A DNA stretch of 64,000 bases from an uncultured Clostridia bacterium (GCA_947038565.1 CAMQWP010000010.1:765-64764); one strand, 5' to 3'; positions 12,576 through 22,359 are shown, counted from the stretch's first letter. Numbers and translations are program-made. Notes: generated by a model from the letters alone, not told the origin.

Positions 12576-13460
12576 ATGTTAAAATTTAAAGATAATTTAA
12601 AGTATTTTAGAACTATGAATTCCTTGACTCAGAGTAAATTCGCTATTATGTTGAATATGAAACTTTCAGAGATGAGTGCTGACATTACTTATAATAATAA
12701 AAGTATCAGTATGTGGGAAAAGGGTGAGAGATTGCCTGATAATCCTCTTGTTTGGTTAGCTATTGCTGATCTTATGAATGTTAGTGTAGACTTACTTATG
12801 AGGGGGAATATCACTGAAGTTGATGAGATCGCTTGCGATACTATTGGCGGATTAGTATCTTCTATCAACCTTAATGCAAGTCTTGCAGAGAGTTATTTGA
12901 CTAATGTAAGTAGCGGTGCAAGTGATAAAGAATCTGTTTTTAGCTTATATACTAATATTGATAATTTTGATAACGATAATCACACTTGCCACGGTATGGC
13001 TTGCTTTGTTAGTAGTGTGAAAGCTGATAATGGATACCATAATTTTTATAATATATTATCGAATGATGAAAGTGTTAAGTATATACTAAGCCTCGGTAAA
13101 AGAGATTTTGTCGCAGAAAGAGATTTTGTACTCGATATAATAGAGCATGGCGGTAGAGAAGTTATAGCTACTAATGATCAGTTTAGTAAATTATGGAAAG
13201 GTTATTTTGATTGCTTTGATAATTTCATTGGTTATAATGTAGAAGTTTTATACGATAGTGACTGTGATCATATTTTATGTATGGTAGAGTATGCTATTAG
13301 CGCAACAGAGAGAGAAGTCGGCGAGTACGTTAGTTCTATCTTAACAAATTACATCAAAAATGATAACGATGCTTTGAGTAATATATTAGGCAAAATTGTG
13401 CTTGCAAATAATAAGCAGCATATAGGAATTAGATATGCACGTGAGAAATGGAAAATTTAA
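12576..13460 (+). CDS. XRE-family helix-turn-helix protein with uncharacterised ~200-aa C-terminal domain
   Basis: N-terminal HTH_XRE-like segment (LTQSKFAIMLN...ISMWEKGERLP...IADLMNVSVDLL); rest unrecognised; start at ATG 12576 (AAGGGGG SD). Confidence 0.6.
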   Translation: MLKFKDNLKYFRTMNSLTQSKFAIMLNMKLSEMSADITYNNKSISMWEKGERLPDNPLVWLAIADLMNVSVDLLMRGNITEVDEIACDTIGGLVSSINLNASLAESYLTNVSSGASDKESVFSLYTNIDNFDNDNHTCHGMACFVSSVKADNGYHNFYNILSNDESVKYILSLGKRDFVAERDFVLDIIEHGGREVIATNDQFSKLWKGYFDCFDNFIGYNVEVLYDSDCDHILCMVEYAISATEREVGEYVSSILTNYIKNDNDALSNILGKIVLANNKQHIGIRYAREKWKI

Positions 13461-13476
13461 TTTATTGATAATTATT

Positions 13477-13505
13477 TGACTGCGATTATTCGTAGTCATT
13501 TTTTT
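13477..13505 (+). terminator. intrinsic terminator after XRE-like gene
   Basis: TGACTGCG/CGTAGTCA stem followed by T7. Confidence 0.6.
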
Positions 13506-13532
13506 AATATTTAACTAAATTATTATAATGTA

Positions 13533-13561
13533 TTGACACTGCTAAGTTATTAGTATATAAT
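13533..13561 (+). promoter_or_regulatory. sigma-A type promoter for the HAD-aro operon
   Basis: TTGACA - 17 nt - TATAAT. Confidence 0.6.
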
Positions 13562-13628
13562 TAAAATGTATAAATGTAATCATTATCACTAGTATTTAAA
13601 ATAAATATTAGTGATATATAGGAGAGAT

Positions 13629-14282
13629 ATGAAGATTAAAAATATCGTATTTGATATGGATGGTACTATTTTAGATACTATTACTGATATTAGAGAAGCA
13701 ACAAACTTTGCACTTAAAAAGTGTGGTTATCCTGAGCGTACACTGACTGAAGTTCTATCATTTGTAGGTAATGGAATAAAAGTACTTATAGAGCGTGCCG
13801 TACCTAATAATATTAGTGCTGAGCTTGTAGATAAATGCTTGGTTGAGTTTAAGTGTTATTATGATATTCATAAAAATGATAACACAAAACCTTATCCACA
13901 AATTCTACAGCTTATGGCAGAGCTTCGCGATATGGGGATCAATATGTCTGTAGTTTCTAATAAGTTCGATGCGGGTGTTAAAGAGTTAGCGGAGCATTTA
14001 TTCACTGGATTTTTGCCTATAGCTATCGGTGAAAGTGCTACGATAGTCCCTAAGCCAAACCCAAGTGGTGTATGGTATGCTATGGAGCTTATGAATGCAA
14101 ATAAGAATGATACAGTATATATTGGAGATTCTGAAGTTGACTTTCAGACCGCTAAAAATAGTGAAATAGAATTTATCGGCGTAAGCTGGGGTTTTAGATC
14201 TAGATCATTACTTGAGCAATTAGGTAGTAAATATATCGTGGACAGTCCACTAGAGATCATAAATTTTATAAAGGAGATTTGA
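13629..14282 (+). CDS. HAD-IA family phosphatase (phosphoglycolate phosphatase-like)
   Basis: DMDGT nucleophile motif, SNK, GDSEVD motifs; start at ATG 13629 after AGGAG. Confidence 0.8.
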   Translation: MKIKNIVFDMDGTILDTITDIREATNFALKKCGYPERTLTEVLSFVGNGIKVLIERAVPNNISAELVDKCLVEFKCYYDIHKNDNTKPYPQILQLMAELRDMGINMSVVSNKFDAGVKELAEHLFTGFLPIAIGESATIVPKPNPSGVWYAMELMNANKNDTVYIGDSEVDFQTAKNSEIEFIGVSWGFRSRSLLEQLGSKYIVDSPLEIINFIKEI

Positions 14283-15091
14283 TGGAAGAGTACGGATTAA
14301 TAGGTGCAAAACTTGCACATTCAATGTCGCCTTTTATCCATGAAGCATTATTTAAATTATCTAATCGCGACGCGTCTTATAAGTTGTATGAAGTGTCAAG
14401 TGTAAAAGAGTTTTTGAAGTTGCATCCTGATATGGATGGCTATAGTGTGACTATCCCGCATAAGGAAGAAGGTTTTAGACTTGCTACCAGTTTGCATGAG
14501 AGCGCAATGCCATATGGTGCGATAAATTGTGTAGATGCTAGTGGTGTAGGATATAATACTGATGTGGATGGTTTTCGCATGAGTGTGCTTGGCGTGATCA
14601 AAGATTTTAATGTAAAAGTTCTTCTACTCGGTTTTGGCGGTGTAGGAAAAATGATAGCTAAACAGTTTGAGCCTAATAGGCTTACGATAGCGGTAAGAAA
14701 TACTTCAGATGAAAATATAATGGATATTCATAGCCGTATTGGTAATAAAGTTAGAGTAGTTTCTTTTGATGATATACCTAGTGAGGAGTATGATCTTGTA
14801 GTAAACTCTACACCAGTAGGTATGTATCCAAATAGTGATGAATGCGTGATAAGTGAAGATATAATAAGTAAGTGCAAAGTTGTATACGATACTGTATATA
14901 ATCCGCTTGATACAAAACTGATAAAAATAGGTAAGAGTTGTGGTGTGACAGTAAAAGGTGGTATAGATATGCTAGTTTATCAAGCTGTCGTAGCACATAA
15001 ATATTGGTATGACGCACAATTTAATGCAGTTGATATAATTCAAATTATAAATGATGTTAAGGATGTTTTAAGACAAGAGGAGTGGTTATGA
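14282..15091 (+). CDS. aroE: shikimate dehydrogenase
   Basis: SMSPFIHE, TIPHK, NTDVDGF, GFGGVG motifs. Confidence 0.88.
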   Translation: MEEYGLIGAKLAHSMSPFIHEALFKLSNRDASYKLYEVSSVKEFLKLHPDMDGYSVTIPHKEEGFRLATSLHESAMPYGAINCVDASGVGYNTDVDGFRMSVLGVIKDFNVKVLLLGFGGVGKMIAKQFEPNRLTIAVRNTSDENIMDIHSRIGNKVRVVSFDDIPSEEYDLVVNSTPVGMYPNSDECVISEDIISKCKVVYDTVYNPLDTKLIKIGKSCGVTVKGGIDMLVYQAVVAHKYWYDAQFNAVDIIQIINDVKDVLRQEEWL

Positions 15092-15588
15092 TATTATCAT
15101 TATGTGGATATATGGGAGCTGGTAAAACTTCAGTAGCAAGGGAATTAGCTAAGATGACAGGCTATGACTATATAGATCTTGATATAAGAATAGAAGAGTC
15201 TGAAGGTATGTCAACAAGTCAGATATTTAGGCAATCTGGGGAAGGATATTTTAGACAATTAGAGCGTGAACATATAGAAAATCTTGCTGATTTACAACAA
15301 AATCTTATTATAAGCCTAGGTGGTGGAAGTATCATCGAAGAAGATAATAGGAATTTAATCAAGTCACACTCGACGTTAATTTATTTAAAAGTACCTTTTG
15401 AAGAATGCTATGGTCGAATAATAAATAGCGATAGACCTATTGTGTCAGCAAGGACAAAGGAAGAGCTGGAAAAGCACTATAATTCTCGACTTTCTGCGTA
15501 TGAAGATAGTGATTATGTAGTAGATGGAACTGATATTGTTAGCGATGTTGCAAAGAATATCATTAATTTGTTAAAAATAAAATACTAA
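15088..15588 (+). CDS. aroK: shikimate kinase
   Basis: P-loop GYMGAGKTS, GGG lid motif; 4-nt overlap with aroE. Confidence 0.9.
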   Translation: MILSLCGYMGAGKTSVARELAKMTGYDYIDLDIRIEESEGMSTSQIFRQSGEGYFRQLEREHIENLADLQQNLIISLGGGSIIEEDNRNLIKSHSTLIYLKVPFEECYGRIINSDRPIVSARTKEELEKHYNSRLSAYEDSDYVVDGTDIVSDVAKNIINLLKIKY

Positions 15589-15633
15589 ATTGATAAGATT
15601 ATACAACTATTTCTGTTGCATAAAGGAGTAACT

Positions 15634-16056
15634 ATGAAAATACTAGTTTTAAACGGTGTGAATATGAATATGCTTGGCACTCGTCAAGCGGACGTATACG
15701 GTGTAGACACACTGGAAGATGTAAATAAAAAAATAAACGAAGTTGCTAAGAATATTGGCGATAAGGTCGATTTCTTTCAAAGTAACATGGAAGGAGAGAT
15801 AGTCGAGTGTATTCATAATGCTAAAAATTATGATGGTATTATATTGAATGCCGGTGCATATACTCATTATTCTATAGCTATCCGTGACGCGATAAGTTGC
15901 GTGAAAGTGCCAGTTATTGAAGTGCATATGTCAAATGTACATGCTAGAGAAGGATTTAGACATACATCAGTATTGTCAGCGGTATGTAAGGGAGTGATTT
16001 GTGGTTTCGGTGCTGAATCATACACTTTAGCACTTATGGCTTTGAGAAAATGCTAA
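15634..16056 (+). CDS. aroQ: type II 3-dehydroquinate dehydratase
   Basis: LNGVNMNMLG..R and HMSNVHAREGFR motifs; start ATG 15634 after AAAGGAG. Confidence 0.93.
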   Translation: MKILVLNGVNMNMLGTRQADVYGVDTLEDVNKKINEVAKNIGDKVDFFQSNMEGEIVECIHNAKNYDGIILNAGAYTHYSIAIRDAISCVKVPVIEVHMSNVHAREGFRHTSVLSAVCKGVICGFGAESYTLALMALRKC

Positions 16057-16060
16057 CAGT

Positions 16061-18316
16061 ATGAGAGAAATAAATATAACTGTTTCACCACAGTACAAGG
16101 TGGTCATCGACAAAGGTTTGTTAGGGAAGGTCGGTGAATATATTAATAGTCTTGGTACGTATAATAAGATAGCTATAATAACTGATGATATTGTCGCTAG
16201 TTTTTACTTGCCTGCACTAGAAAAAAGTTTACAAGATAATTTTGATAATGTTTACTCGTTTGCATTCAAGAGTGGCGAGAGTAGTAAGTGTATATCTACG
16301 TTATCTAATATTTACGATTTCTTGGCTGAAAGTGAAGTAACTAGATCCGACCTTGTCATTGCTTTAGGTGGTGGAGTAGTCGGTGATATCGTAGGATTTG
16401 CTAGTAGTACTTATCTTAGAGGTGTTGATTTTATTAATATCCCTACTACATTACTTAGTATGGTAGACTCTTCAGTAGGCGGAAAGACTGCTGTAAATAT
16501 ATCCGCAGGCAAAAATCTTGTAGGTGCGTTTTATCAGCCTAGACTTGTATTATGTGACACTGATGTGTTATCTACCTTGCAAGACGATCAAGTCGCGGAT
16601 GGTGTAGGCGAGATTGCTAAGTATGCGATTTTAGAGGATAAAGGTATTATTGATGATTTGCTATCGGATAATCTTACTTTATGTCCAGAAATGCTTATTG
16701 AAAAATGCGTAATGATAAAGAATGATTACGTTACTGGCGATGTGTTTGATAAGGGTAAGCGTCAGCTTTTAAACCTTGGTCATACGCTAGGTCATGCTAT
16801 AGAAAAACATAGTAATTTCAAAGTAGCTCATGGCAAGGCAGTGCTTATGGGTATGTATATGCTAGCAGAGAAATTCAGCGGGACTAAAGAGATAGATTAT
16901 GTATTATCAGCATTAGAGAGCGTGGGTAATAAATTTAATATGGCTGTAAAATATGAGGTTAGTGCTGATGATTTGTGGCATCTTGCTGTAAATGATAAGA
17001 AACGTCATGGTGACATGATTACGCTAGCAAGACCATATGCTATAGGTGACTGTAGACTTGATGATGTGTGTGTATCTAACCCTATAAACCTTACTAATCA
17101 TGTTAAAAAATCGGTATATGATGTGGAAGTAATCGGTGGATTAATTGCAGGTAAAATGATAGCTCCTTCTTCAAAATCTGACTTGCATAGACTGCTTATT
17201 TTAGCTGGGTTTAGCGGTAGGAAAACAGTCGTGAATAACGTGATGTATAGTGATGATATTGTCGCTACATTAGACGCGTTGAGTTCGCTAGGTGTTCAGG
17301 TAGAAAAAAAGATAGATTCAGTCATATTAACTAAAGGAATAGTCCCAATGACAGCAAATATTTATTGCAATGAGAGTGGTTCTACTTTTAGATTTTTTAT
17401 GCCAATTTGTGCTATGCTGGGAGTAAATGCTACTTTTAATGGAAGTAAAAGACTAGGCGAGAGGGGTTATAGTGATATAATAAATTCTATGCAGTCTGCA
17501 GTTAATTTTTCAAGTGATATTGGTCTACCGCTTACTATAAAAGGCAAGTATGACACTGATAATATTAGCGTTTCAGGGGCTATATCATCACAGTTTATAT
17601 CAGGTATTTTACTGGGTGCTTTTGCTAGTGGTAGAGGTATTACTATCAATGTATTAAATAGTTTGCAGTCGGCTAAATATGTCGATATGACAATAGATAC
17701 GCTAAGGAATTTTGGCGTAAAAGTTGAGAAAAATGACAATATTATCAAATTGAAGTACAATAATAGTAATTTAAGAGATGTTTTTGAGGCTGAGAGCGAC
17801 TACAGTAATGGTGCATTTTTTAATGTAGCTGGGGTACATGTAGTTTATAATAATCCTCAATCACTTCAAGGTGATAAGGTAATTATTGATATATTAAATG
17901 CTGTAGCTCATAGCAAGTTGCCATTCGATATAGACATAGAAAATATCCCTGATCTTGCACCTATTTTGTCAGTTTTTGCAACTCAGCTAACTGGTGTAAG
18001 CGTGCTTAGAAATTGTGCAAGACTTAGGCTGAAAGAGTGTGACAGGCTAGAGGCTATAATGGTTATGATGTCAAAGTGTGGTGTGCATGCAGAGCTAATT
18101 GGCGATGATATATATATCACAGGCGGTAATGCTAAAGGCGGTTTCGAATCTAGTAGTGAAGGTGACCACAGAGTGGCTATGTCACTTGCAATACTAGCGA
18201 CATTTGTGGGTAATATAACTATTAGAAATGCGGGAGTTGTAAGCAAAAGTTACCCAAAATTTTGGGAAGATTTCACGAGCGTAGGAGGTAAGATCAATGT
18301 CATCAACATTAGGTAA
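16061..18316 (+). CDS. aroB/aroA: fused 3-dehydroquinate synthase (aa ~1-345) / 3-phosphoshikimate 1-carboxyvinyltransferase (aa ~355-751)
   Basis: N-half: GGGVVGD, GGKTAVN, LNLGHTLGHAIE. C-half: SSKSDLHR, GSTFRF, DLAPILSVFA, RLKECDRLEA, GDHRVAMS. Single uninterrupted 751-aa ORF. Confidence 0.9.
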   Translation: MREINITVSPQYKVVIDKGLLGKVGEYINSLGTYNKIAIITDDIVASFYLPALEKSLQDNFDNVYSFAFKSGESSKCISTLSNIYDFLAESEVTRSDLVIALGGGVVGDIVGFASSTYLRGVDFINIPTTLLSMVDSSVGGKTAVNISAGKNLVGAFYQPRLVLCDTDVLSTLQDDQVADGVGEIAKYAILEDKGIIDDLLSDNLTLCPEMLIEKCVMIKNDYVTGDVFDKGKRQLLNLGHTLGHAIEKHSNFKVAHGKAVLMGMYMLAEKFSGTKEIDYVLSALESVGNKFNMAVKYEVSADDLWHLAVNDKKRHGDMITLARPYAIGDCRLDDVCVSNPINLTNHVKKSVYDVEVIGGLIAGKMIAPSSKSDLHRLLILAGFSGRKTVVNNVMYSDDIVATLDALSSLGVQVEKKIDSVILTKGIVPMTANIYCNESGSTFRFFMPICAMLGVNATFNGSKRLGERGYSDIINSMQSAVNFSSDIGLPLTIKGKYDTDNISVSGAISSQFISGILLGAFASGRGITINVLNSLQSAKYVDMTIDTLRNFGVKVEKNDNIIKLKYNNSNLRDVFEAESDYSNGAFFNVAGVHVVYNNPQSLQGDKVIIDILNAVAHSKLPFDIDIENIPDLAPILSVFATQLTGVSVLRNCARLRLKECDRLEAIMVMMSKCGVHAELIGDDIYITGGNAKGGFESSSEGDHRVAMSLAILATFVGNITIRNAGVVSKSYPKFWEDFTSVGGKINVINIR

Positions 18317-19370
18317 AAACTTGCAAATAAGTATATTTGGTGAGTCACACGGTCTAGCCGTGGGAGTTACTGTCAATGGTCTCCCAAGCGGAGAAGTTAT
18401 CGACTTAGAATTTATCAGTGAATGTTTGCGTCGAAGAAGTACAGGACGTGATCTTACGATGAGTCAAAGGAAAGAAGAGGATAAGGTAATTATAGTTAGT
18501 GGTGAGTTAAACGGAAAGACTACAGGTACTCCGCTTACCATGATGATATATAATACTGATCAGAAAAGTAAAGACTACTCTAATATAGCTACTACGGCTA
18601 GACCTTCGCATGCAGATTATACTGGTAATGTTAGGTATAAAGGATATAATGATATAAGAGGCGGTGGACACTTTTCAGGTAGACTTACTACTCCGATCGT
18701 GATGGCTGGTGCATTATGTCTTGGTATACTTAAATCGAAAGGTATTAATATCGCATCTAATATTTTGTCTATAGGAAACATAGTCGGTAAAAGCATGTTT
18801 TCGTCAGTTAGTCCAGAAGATATAGATATGATCAAAAATTCCGAATTTCCTAGCTTGTCAAGGAGTGATGAGATGAGGGCGGAGATAAATACTGCTAGAC
18901 TTAATCGCGATAGTGTTGGCGGATACGTGGAGTGTATGGTGACAGGCTTGAGGGCGGGTATCGGTTCTCCAATGTTTGACGGTGTAGAAAATATAATTTC
19001 TCATGCTGTTTTTGGCGTGCCAGCAGTTAAAGGTATCGAATTTGGTGAATATTCTCAATTATATGGATCTAAATATAATGATAATATGTATATTAATAAT
19101 AATATGGTTTATACTGCTACTAATCATGATGGCGGTATCAACGGTGGCATTACAAACGGAATGCCTGTTATATTTACCGTTAAAATGAAGCCGACACCTA
19201 GTATTTCTAGAGTGCAAGACACTGTAGACTATGTTAATATGGAAAATTCTACTATCGAAATCGGCGGTCGTCATGATCCTTGTGTGCTTGTACGCGCAGT
19301 GCCATGCATTGAGTGCGTTACTGCCATTGCTGTGCTAGATATGATTTTGGAGGGTAGAATATATGAGTAA
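18297..19370 (+). CDS. aroC: chorismate synthase
   Basis: FGESHG, RPSHADY, GGRHDPC motifs; 20-nt overlap with aroB/aroA fusion. Confidence 0.95.
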   Translation: MSSTLGKNLQISIFGESHGLAVGVTVNGLPSGEVIDLEFISECLRRRSTGRDLTMSQRKEEDKVIIVSGELNGKTTGTPLTMMIYNTDQKSKDYSNIATTARPSHADYTGNVRYKGYNDIRGGGHFSGRLTTPIVMAGALCLGILKSKGINIASNILSIGNIVGKSMFSSVSPEDIDMIKNSEFPSLSRSDEMRAEINTARLNRDSVGGYVECMVTGLRAGIGSPMFDGVENIISHAVFGVPAVKGIEFGEYSQLYGSKYNDNMYINNNMVYTATNHDGGINGGITNGMPVIFTVKMKPTPSISRVQDTVDYVNMENSTIEIGGRHDPCVLVRAVPCIECVTAIAVLDMILEGRIYE

Positions 19371-19626
19371 GTTAGATGATATTCGATGCGAGATAGATGC
19401 TTGTGATAGATTGATATGTGACGCATACGTAAGGCGATTGAAGCTAGTAGAGCAAGTAGCAGATTATAAAAAAAACAATAATGTGCAAATATTGAATACA
19501 AGTCGAGAGGCTGAAGTAATAGAAAATGTTTCAGCTTTCAGCGGTGAATATAAAGATGATGTAAAGTCTTTATTCGAATTTATCATGAATTCAAGCAAAG
19601 ATAAGCAATCAGACATCATAAACTAA
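19363..19626 (+). CDS. chorismate mutase, small AroQ class
   Basis: 87 aa; LDDIR.EID..D..I..L...R motif; overlaps aroC stop by 8 nt. Confidence 0.75.
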   Translation: MSKLDDIRCEIDACDRLICDAYVRRLKLVEQVADYKKNNNVQILNTSREAEVIENVSAFSGEYKDDVKSLFEFIMNSSKDKQSDIIN

Positions 19627-19654
19627 AAAAAAATCGCTAGGGTATATAAATCCC

Positions 19655-19683
19655 TTGCATTATTAAATTTTTTTTGATATAAT
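19655..19683 (+). promoter_or_regulatory. sigma-A type promoter for PEPCK
   Basis: TTGCAT - 17 nt - TATAAT. Confidence 0.55.
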
Positions 19684-19757
19684 GACACTAGTAGAAGTGT
19701 AATAGCGACTACAGTTTGTTAAACAACAATAATACATAAATGAAAAGGAGTATTAAG

Positions 19758-21524
19758 ATGACTAATAACAAGAAAGTTTTAGAGTATGTAGAGTCTACTG
19801 CTAAATTAGTTAATCCTGACAATATCGTTTGGATCGACGGCAGCGAAGCTCAATATCAAGCACTAACAGAGCAATCTCTAGCTAACGGTGAGCTAATTAA
19901 GCTTAACGAAAAGCTACTACCAGGTTGTTACCTACACCGTACAGCTGTCAATGACGTTGCACGTGTTGAGGGTAGAACATTTATCTGTAGCAGAGACCAA
20001 GACAATGCAGGTCCTACTAATAACTGGTGGAACCCAGCTGAGGCTTATGAGAAACTTAACAGTATTCTTAAAGACAGCTACAAGGGTAGAACAATGTATG
20101 TTATACCTTTCTCTATGGGTCCTGTTGGTTCTCCTCTTTCAAAAATTGGTATCGAGCTTACTGACTCTATCTACGTTGTACTTAACATGAAGATAATGAC
20201 TCGTGTTGGCGCTAATGTTTTAGAGGCTCTTGGTGATAGCAATGATTTCGTTCGTGGAACACATGCAAAAGTAAATATCGATGAGAATGAGAGATATATC
20301 TGTCACTTCCCAGAGGATAACACTATCATTTCTACTAACAGTGGTTACGGTGGTAACGTTCTTCTTGGTAAGAAATGTTTCGCTCTTCGTATCGCATCTT
20401 TCCAAGGTAGACAAGAAGGCTGGATGGCTGAGCATATGCTTATCCTAGGCGTAGAGAAACCTGATGGTCAAATATTCTACGTTGGCGCTGCTTTCCCAAG
20501 TGCTTGTGGTAAGACTAACCTTGCTATGCTTATTCCTCCTAATGCTTATACAGAAGCTGGATACAAAGTATGGTGTGTTGGTGATGATATCGCTTGGATC
20601 AAACCAGGTCCTGATGGTCGTCTTTACGCTATCAATCCTGAGAATGGTTTCTTCGGAGTTGCTCCAGGAACTAGCATGAAGTCTAACCCTAACGCACTTC
20701 TTGCAACTCAGTCTAACACTATCTTTACTAACGTTGTATATAATAAAGACAATAGTACTGTATGGTGGGAAGGCATGGATAAGAATCCTCCTGCAAATGG
20801 TGTTGATTGGAAGGGCAATGATTGGAATGGTACTACTTCTTCAGAGAAGGGTGCACAACCAAACAGCCGTTTCACTTCTCCTGCACTTAACTGTGCTTGT
20901 ATCAGCTCTGAGTTTGAGGCTCCAGCTGGTGTTCCTATTAGCGCATTCATTTTTGGTGGACGTCGTGCTAAAACTACACCACTTGTATACCAAGCTCGTG
21001 ACTGGAATCACGGAGTATTCGTTGGTTCTATAATGTCATCTGAGACTACTGCTGCAGCTATTGGTGCAACTGGTGTTCTTAGAAGAGATCCAATGGCTAT
21101 GCTTCCATTCTGCGGATACCACATGGGTGACTACTTCGCACACTGGATAGAGATGGGTGCTAACACTCCTGTTGATAAACAACCTAAGTTCTTTAACGTT
21201 AACTGGTTCCGTCTAGACGAGAATGGTAACTTTATATGGCCAGGTTTCGGCGACAACATGAGAGTACTTGATTGGATCATTAAGAGAGTTGAAGGTACTG
21301 TTGACGCTAAAGAGACTGCAATTGGTTACGTACCAAACGCTACTGATCTTGATATCACTGATTGTGATATTGATATGCCTACTTTAGAGAGTATCCTTGC
21401 TGTAGATAATGCTGCATGGGCTGCTGAAGCTGAAGGCATCAAAGAGTTCTATGGTAAGTTTGGTGACAGACTTCCAGTTGAGCTTGCTAATGAGTGTGAG
21501 AACCTTGTCGCTAAGACTAAGTAA
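19758..21524 (+). CDS. pckG: phosphoenolpyruvate carboxykinase (GTP)
   Basis: GTP-PEPCK signatures GPTNNW, kinase-1a SACGKTNLAML, GDDIAW; start at ATG 19758 after AAGGAG. Confidence 0.95.
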   Translation: MTNNKKVLEYVESTAKLVNPDNIVWIDGSEAQYQALTEQSLANGELIKLNEKLLPGCYLHRTAVNDVARVEGRTFICSRDQDNAGPTNNWWNPAEAYEKLNSILKDSYKGRTMYVIPFSMGPVGSPLSKIGIELTDSIYVVLNMKIMTRVGANVLEALGDSNDFVRGTHAKVNIDENERYICHFPEDNTIISTNSGYGGNVLLGKKCFALRIASFQGRQEGWMAEHMLILGVEKPDGQIFYVGAAFPSACGKTNLAMLIPPNAYTEAGYKVWCVGDDIAWIKPGPDGRLYAINPENGFFGVAPGTSMKSNPNALLATQSNTIFTNVVYNKDNSTVWWEGMDKNPPANGVDWKGNDWNGTTSSEKGAQPNSRFTSPALNCACISSEFEAPAGVPISAFIFGGRRAKTTPLVYQARDWNHGVFVGSIMSSETTAAAIGATGVLRRDPMAMLPFCGYHMGDYFAHWIEMGANTPVDKQPKFFNVNWFRLDENGNFIWPGFGDNMRVLDWIIKRVEGTVDAKETAIGYVPNATDLDITDCDIDMPTLESILAVDNAAWAAEAEGIKEFYGKFGDRLPVELANECENLVAKTK

Positions 21525-21552
21525 TTTCACTTAAAATCATAAGATAATTTAA

Positions 21553-21581
21553 AGGACTAACTTCGGTTAGTCCTTTTTTTA
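21553..21581 (+). terminator. intrinsic terminator after pckG
   Basis: AGGACTAAC-TTCG-GTTAGTCCT followed by T7. Confidence 0.85.
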
Positions 21582-21622
21582 TTTGTATAATGTTTTTTTA
21601 AATATATAACGAAAAATCGCAT

Positions 21623-21646
21623 AAAAAAAATCGCACATAATGCGAT
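21623..21646 (-). terminator. orphan minus-strand terminator-like hairpin
   Basis: On minus strand ATCGCA-TTATG-TGCGAT followed by T8; no ORF upstream of it. Confidence 0.35.
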
Positions 21647-21864
21647 AAAGTGAGGATAAATTTTATTATTGATGAATTAATAGTTTATGCTATTTGTTAG
21701 TGAGCGTATATCTACATTTGCAATTAATTATCTAAATCTATTAATCATCTATATTAGACAGTGTGTATTTTATAATAAGTTGTAATTGTAATAAGTACAT
21801 ATATCGATATAAAATAATAATTATGATTTAATTTGTGTTTGTGCCATTCATTATTTCAATACTT

Positions 21865-21933
21865 GGTAGATTAAGGTAGAGTAATATATAAAAATGATAC
21901 AGAAAATTAGGTAGAGTAATATATAAAAATGAT
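21865..21933. repeat. direct repeats: 24-bp GGTAGAGTAATATATAAAAATGAT x2 (period 35) plus partial GGTAGA copy
   Basis: Identical copies at 21875-21898 and 21910-21933; GGTAGA also at 21865. Confidence 0.9.
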
Positions 21934-21974
21934 GCGAAAAATACTGCAAACTATACAATTGCGGCAAAAAATGC

Positions 21975-21999
21975 AAAAAAAAATCTACCCTCTGGTAGA
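21975..21999 (-). terminator. intrinsic terminator of small-peptide gene 1
   Basis: Minus strand: TCTACC-AGAG-GGTAGA followed by T9, 18 nt after the stop codon. Confidence 0.7.
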
Positions 22000-22017
22000 A
22001 CTTCTATCTTACATTGC

Positions 22018-22101
22018 TCAGATTAATTTATTATTATCTCTGTTAGCGTTTGCTACGATTGTTACAGACTCAACATATGCTTTCCATATTTTCTTAAACA
22101 T
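22018..22101 (-). CDS. 27-aa cationic amphipathic peptide MFKKIWKAYVESVTIVANANRDNNKLI
   Basis: Hand translation of minus strand; AGGAGG 8 nt upstream of ATG; own promoter and terminator; paralog 501 bp away differing mainly by synonymous or conservative changes. Confidence 0.55.
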   Translation of the reverse strand: MFKKIWKAYVESVTIVANANRDNNKLI

Positions 22102-22160
22102 ACTCGATACCTCCTTATTAAGTTTTATATCACTAGAGAGTATTCCCTTTTGATAGTTAT

Positions 22161-22189
22161 ATATTACTATATATATAATGATTTGTCAA
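22161..22189 (-). promoter_or_regulatory. sigma-A type promoter of small-peptide gene 1
   Basis: Minus strand TTGACA (22189-22184) - 17 nt - TAATAT (22166-22161). Confidence 0.6.
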
Positions 22190-22287
22190 ACATTTATGCC
22201 TAGTATTTTTCTTTTTACGAATTATTTACATAATTAACGTCCCTTTATTAATTATATGTTAATTCTATAAGTTTTGTTACTGAAAAT

Positions 22288-22327
22288 CAGTATTATAATA
22301 TGATATTTGTAGTATTGTATAATACTG
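22288..22327. repeat. 10-bp perfect inverted repeat CAGTATTATA / TATAATACTG, 20-nt spacer
   Basis: Read directly; lies between the two peptide modules. Confidence 0.8.
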
Positions 22328-22359
22328 TAATTAAAATAATGATATTTTAAAGGTGTAAG

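Noticed and set aside
21929-22153. 74-aa plus-strand ORF from the ORF track inside the island
   Set aside because: It has no SD and a low-complexity AT-driven sequence. It runs antisense through the better-supported minus-strand peptide gene and its terminator. The paralogous module (22440-22650) does not conserve this frame.
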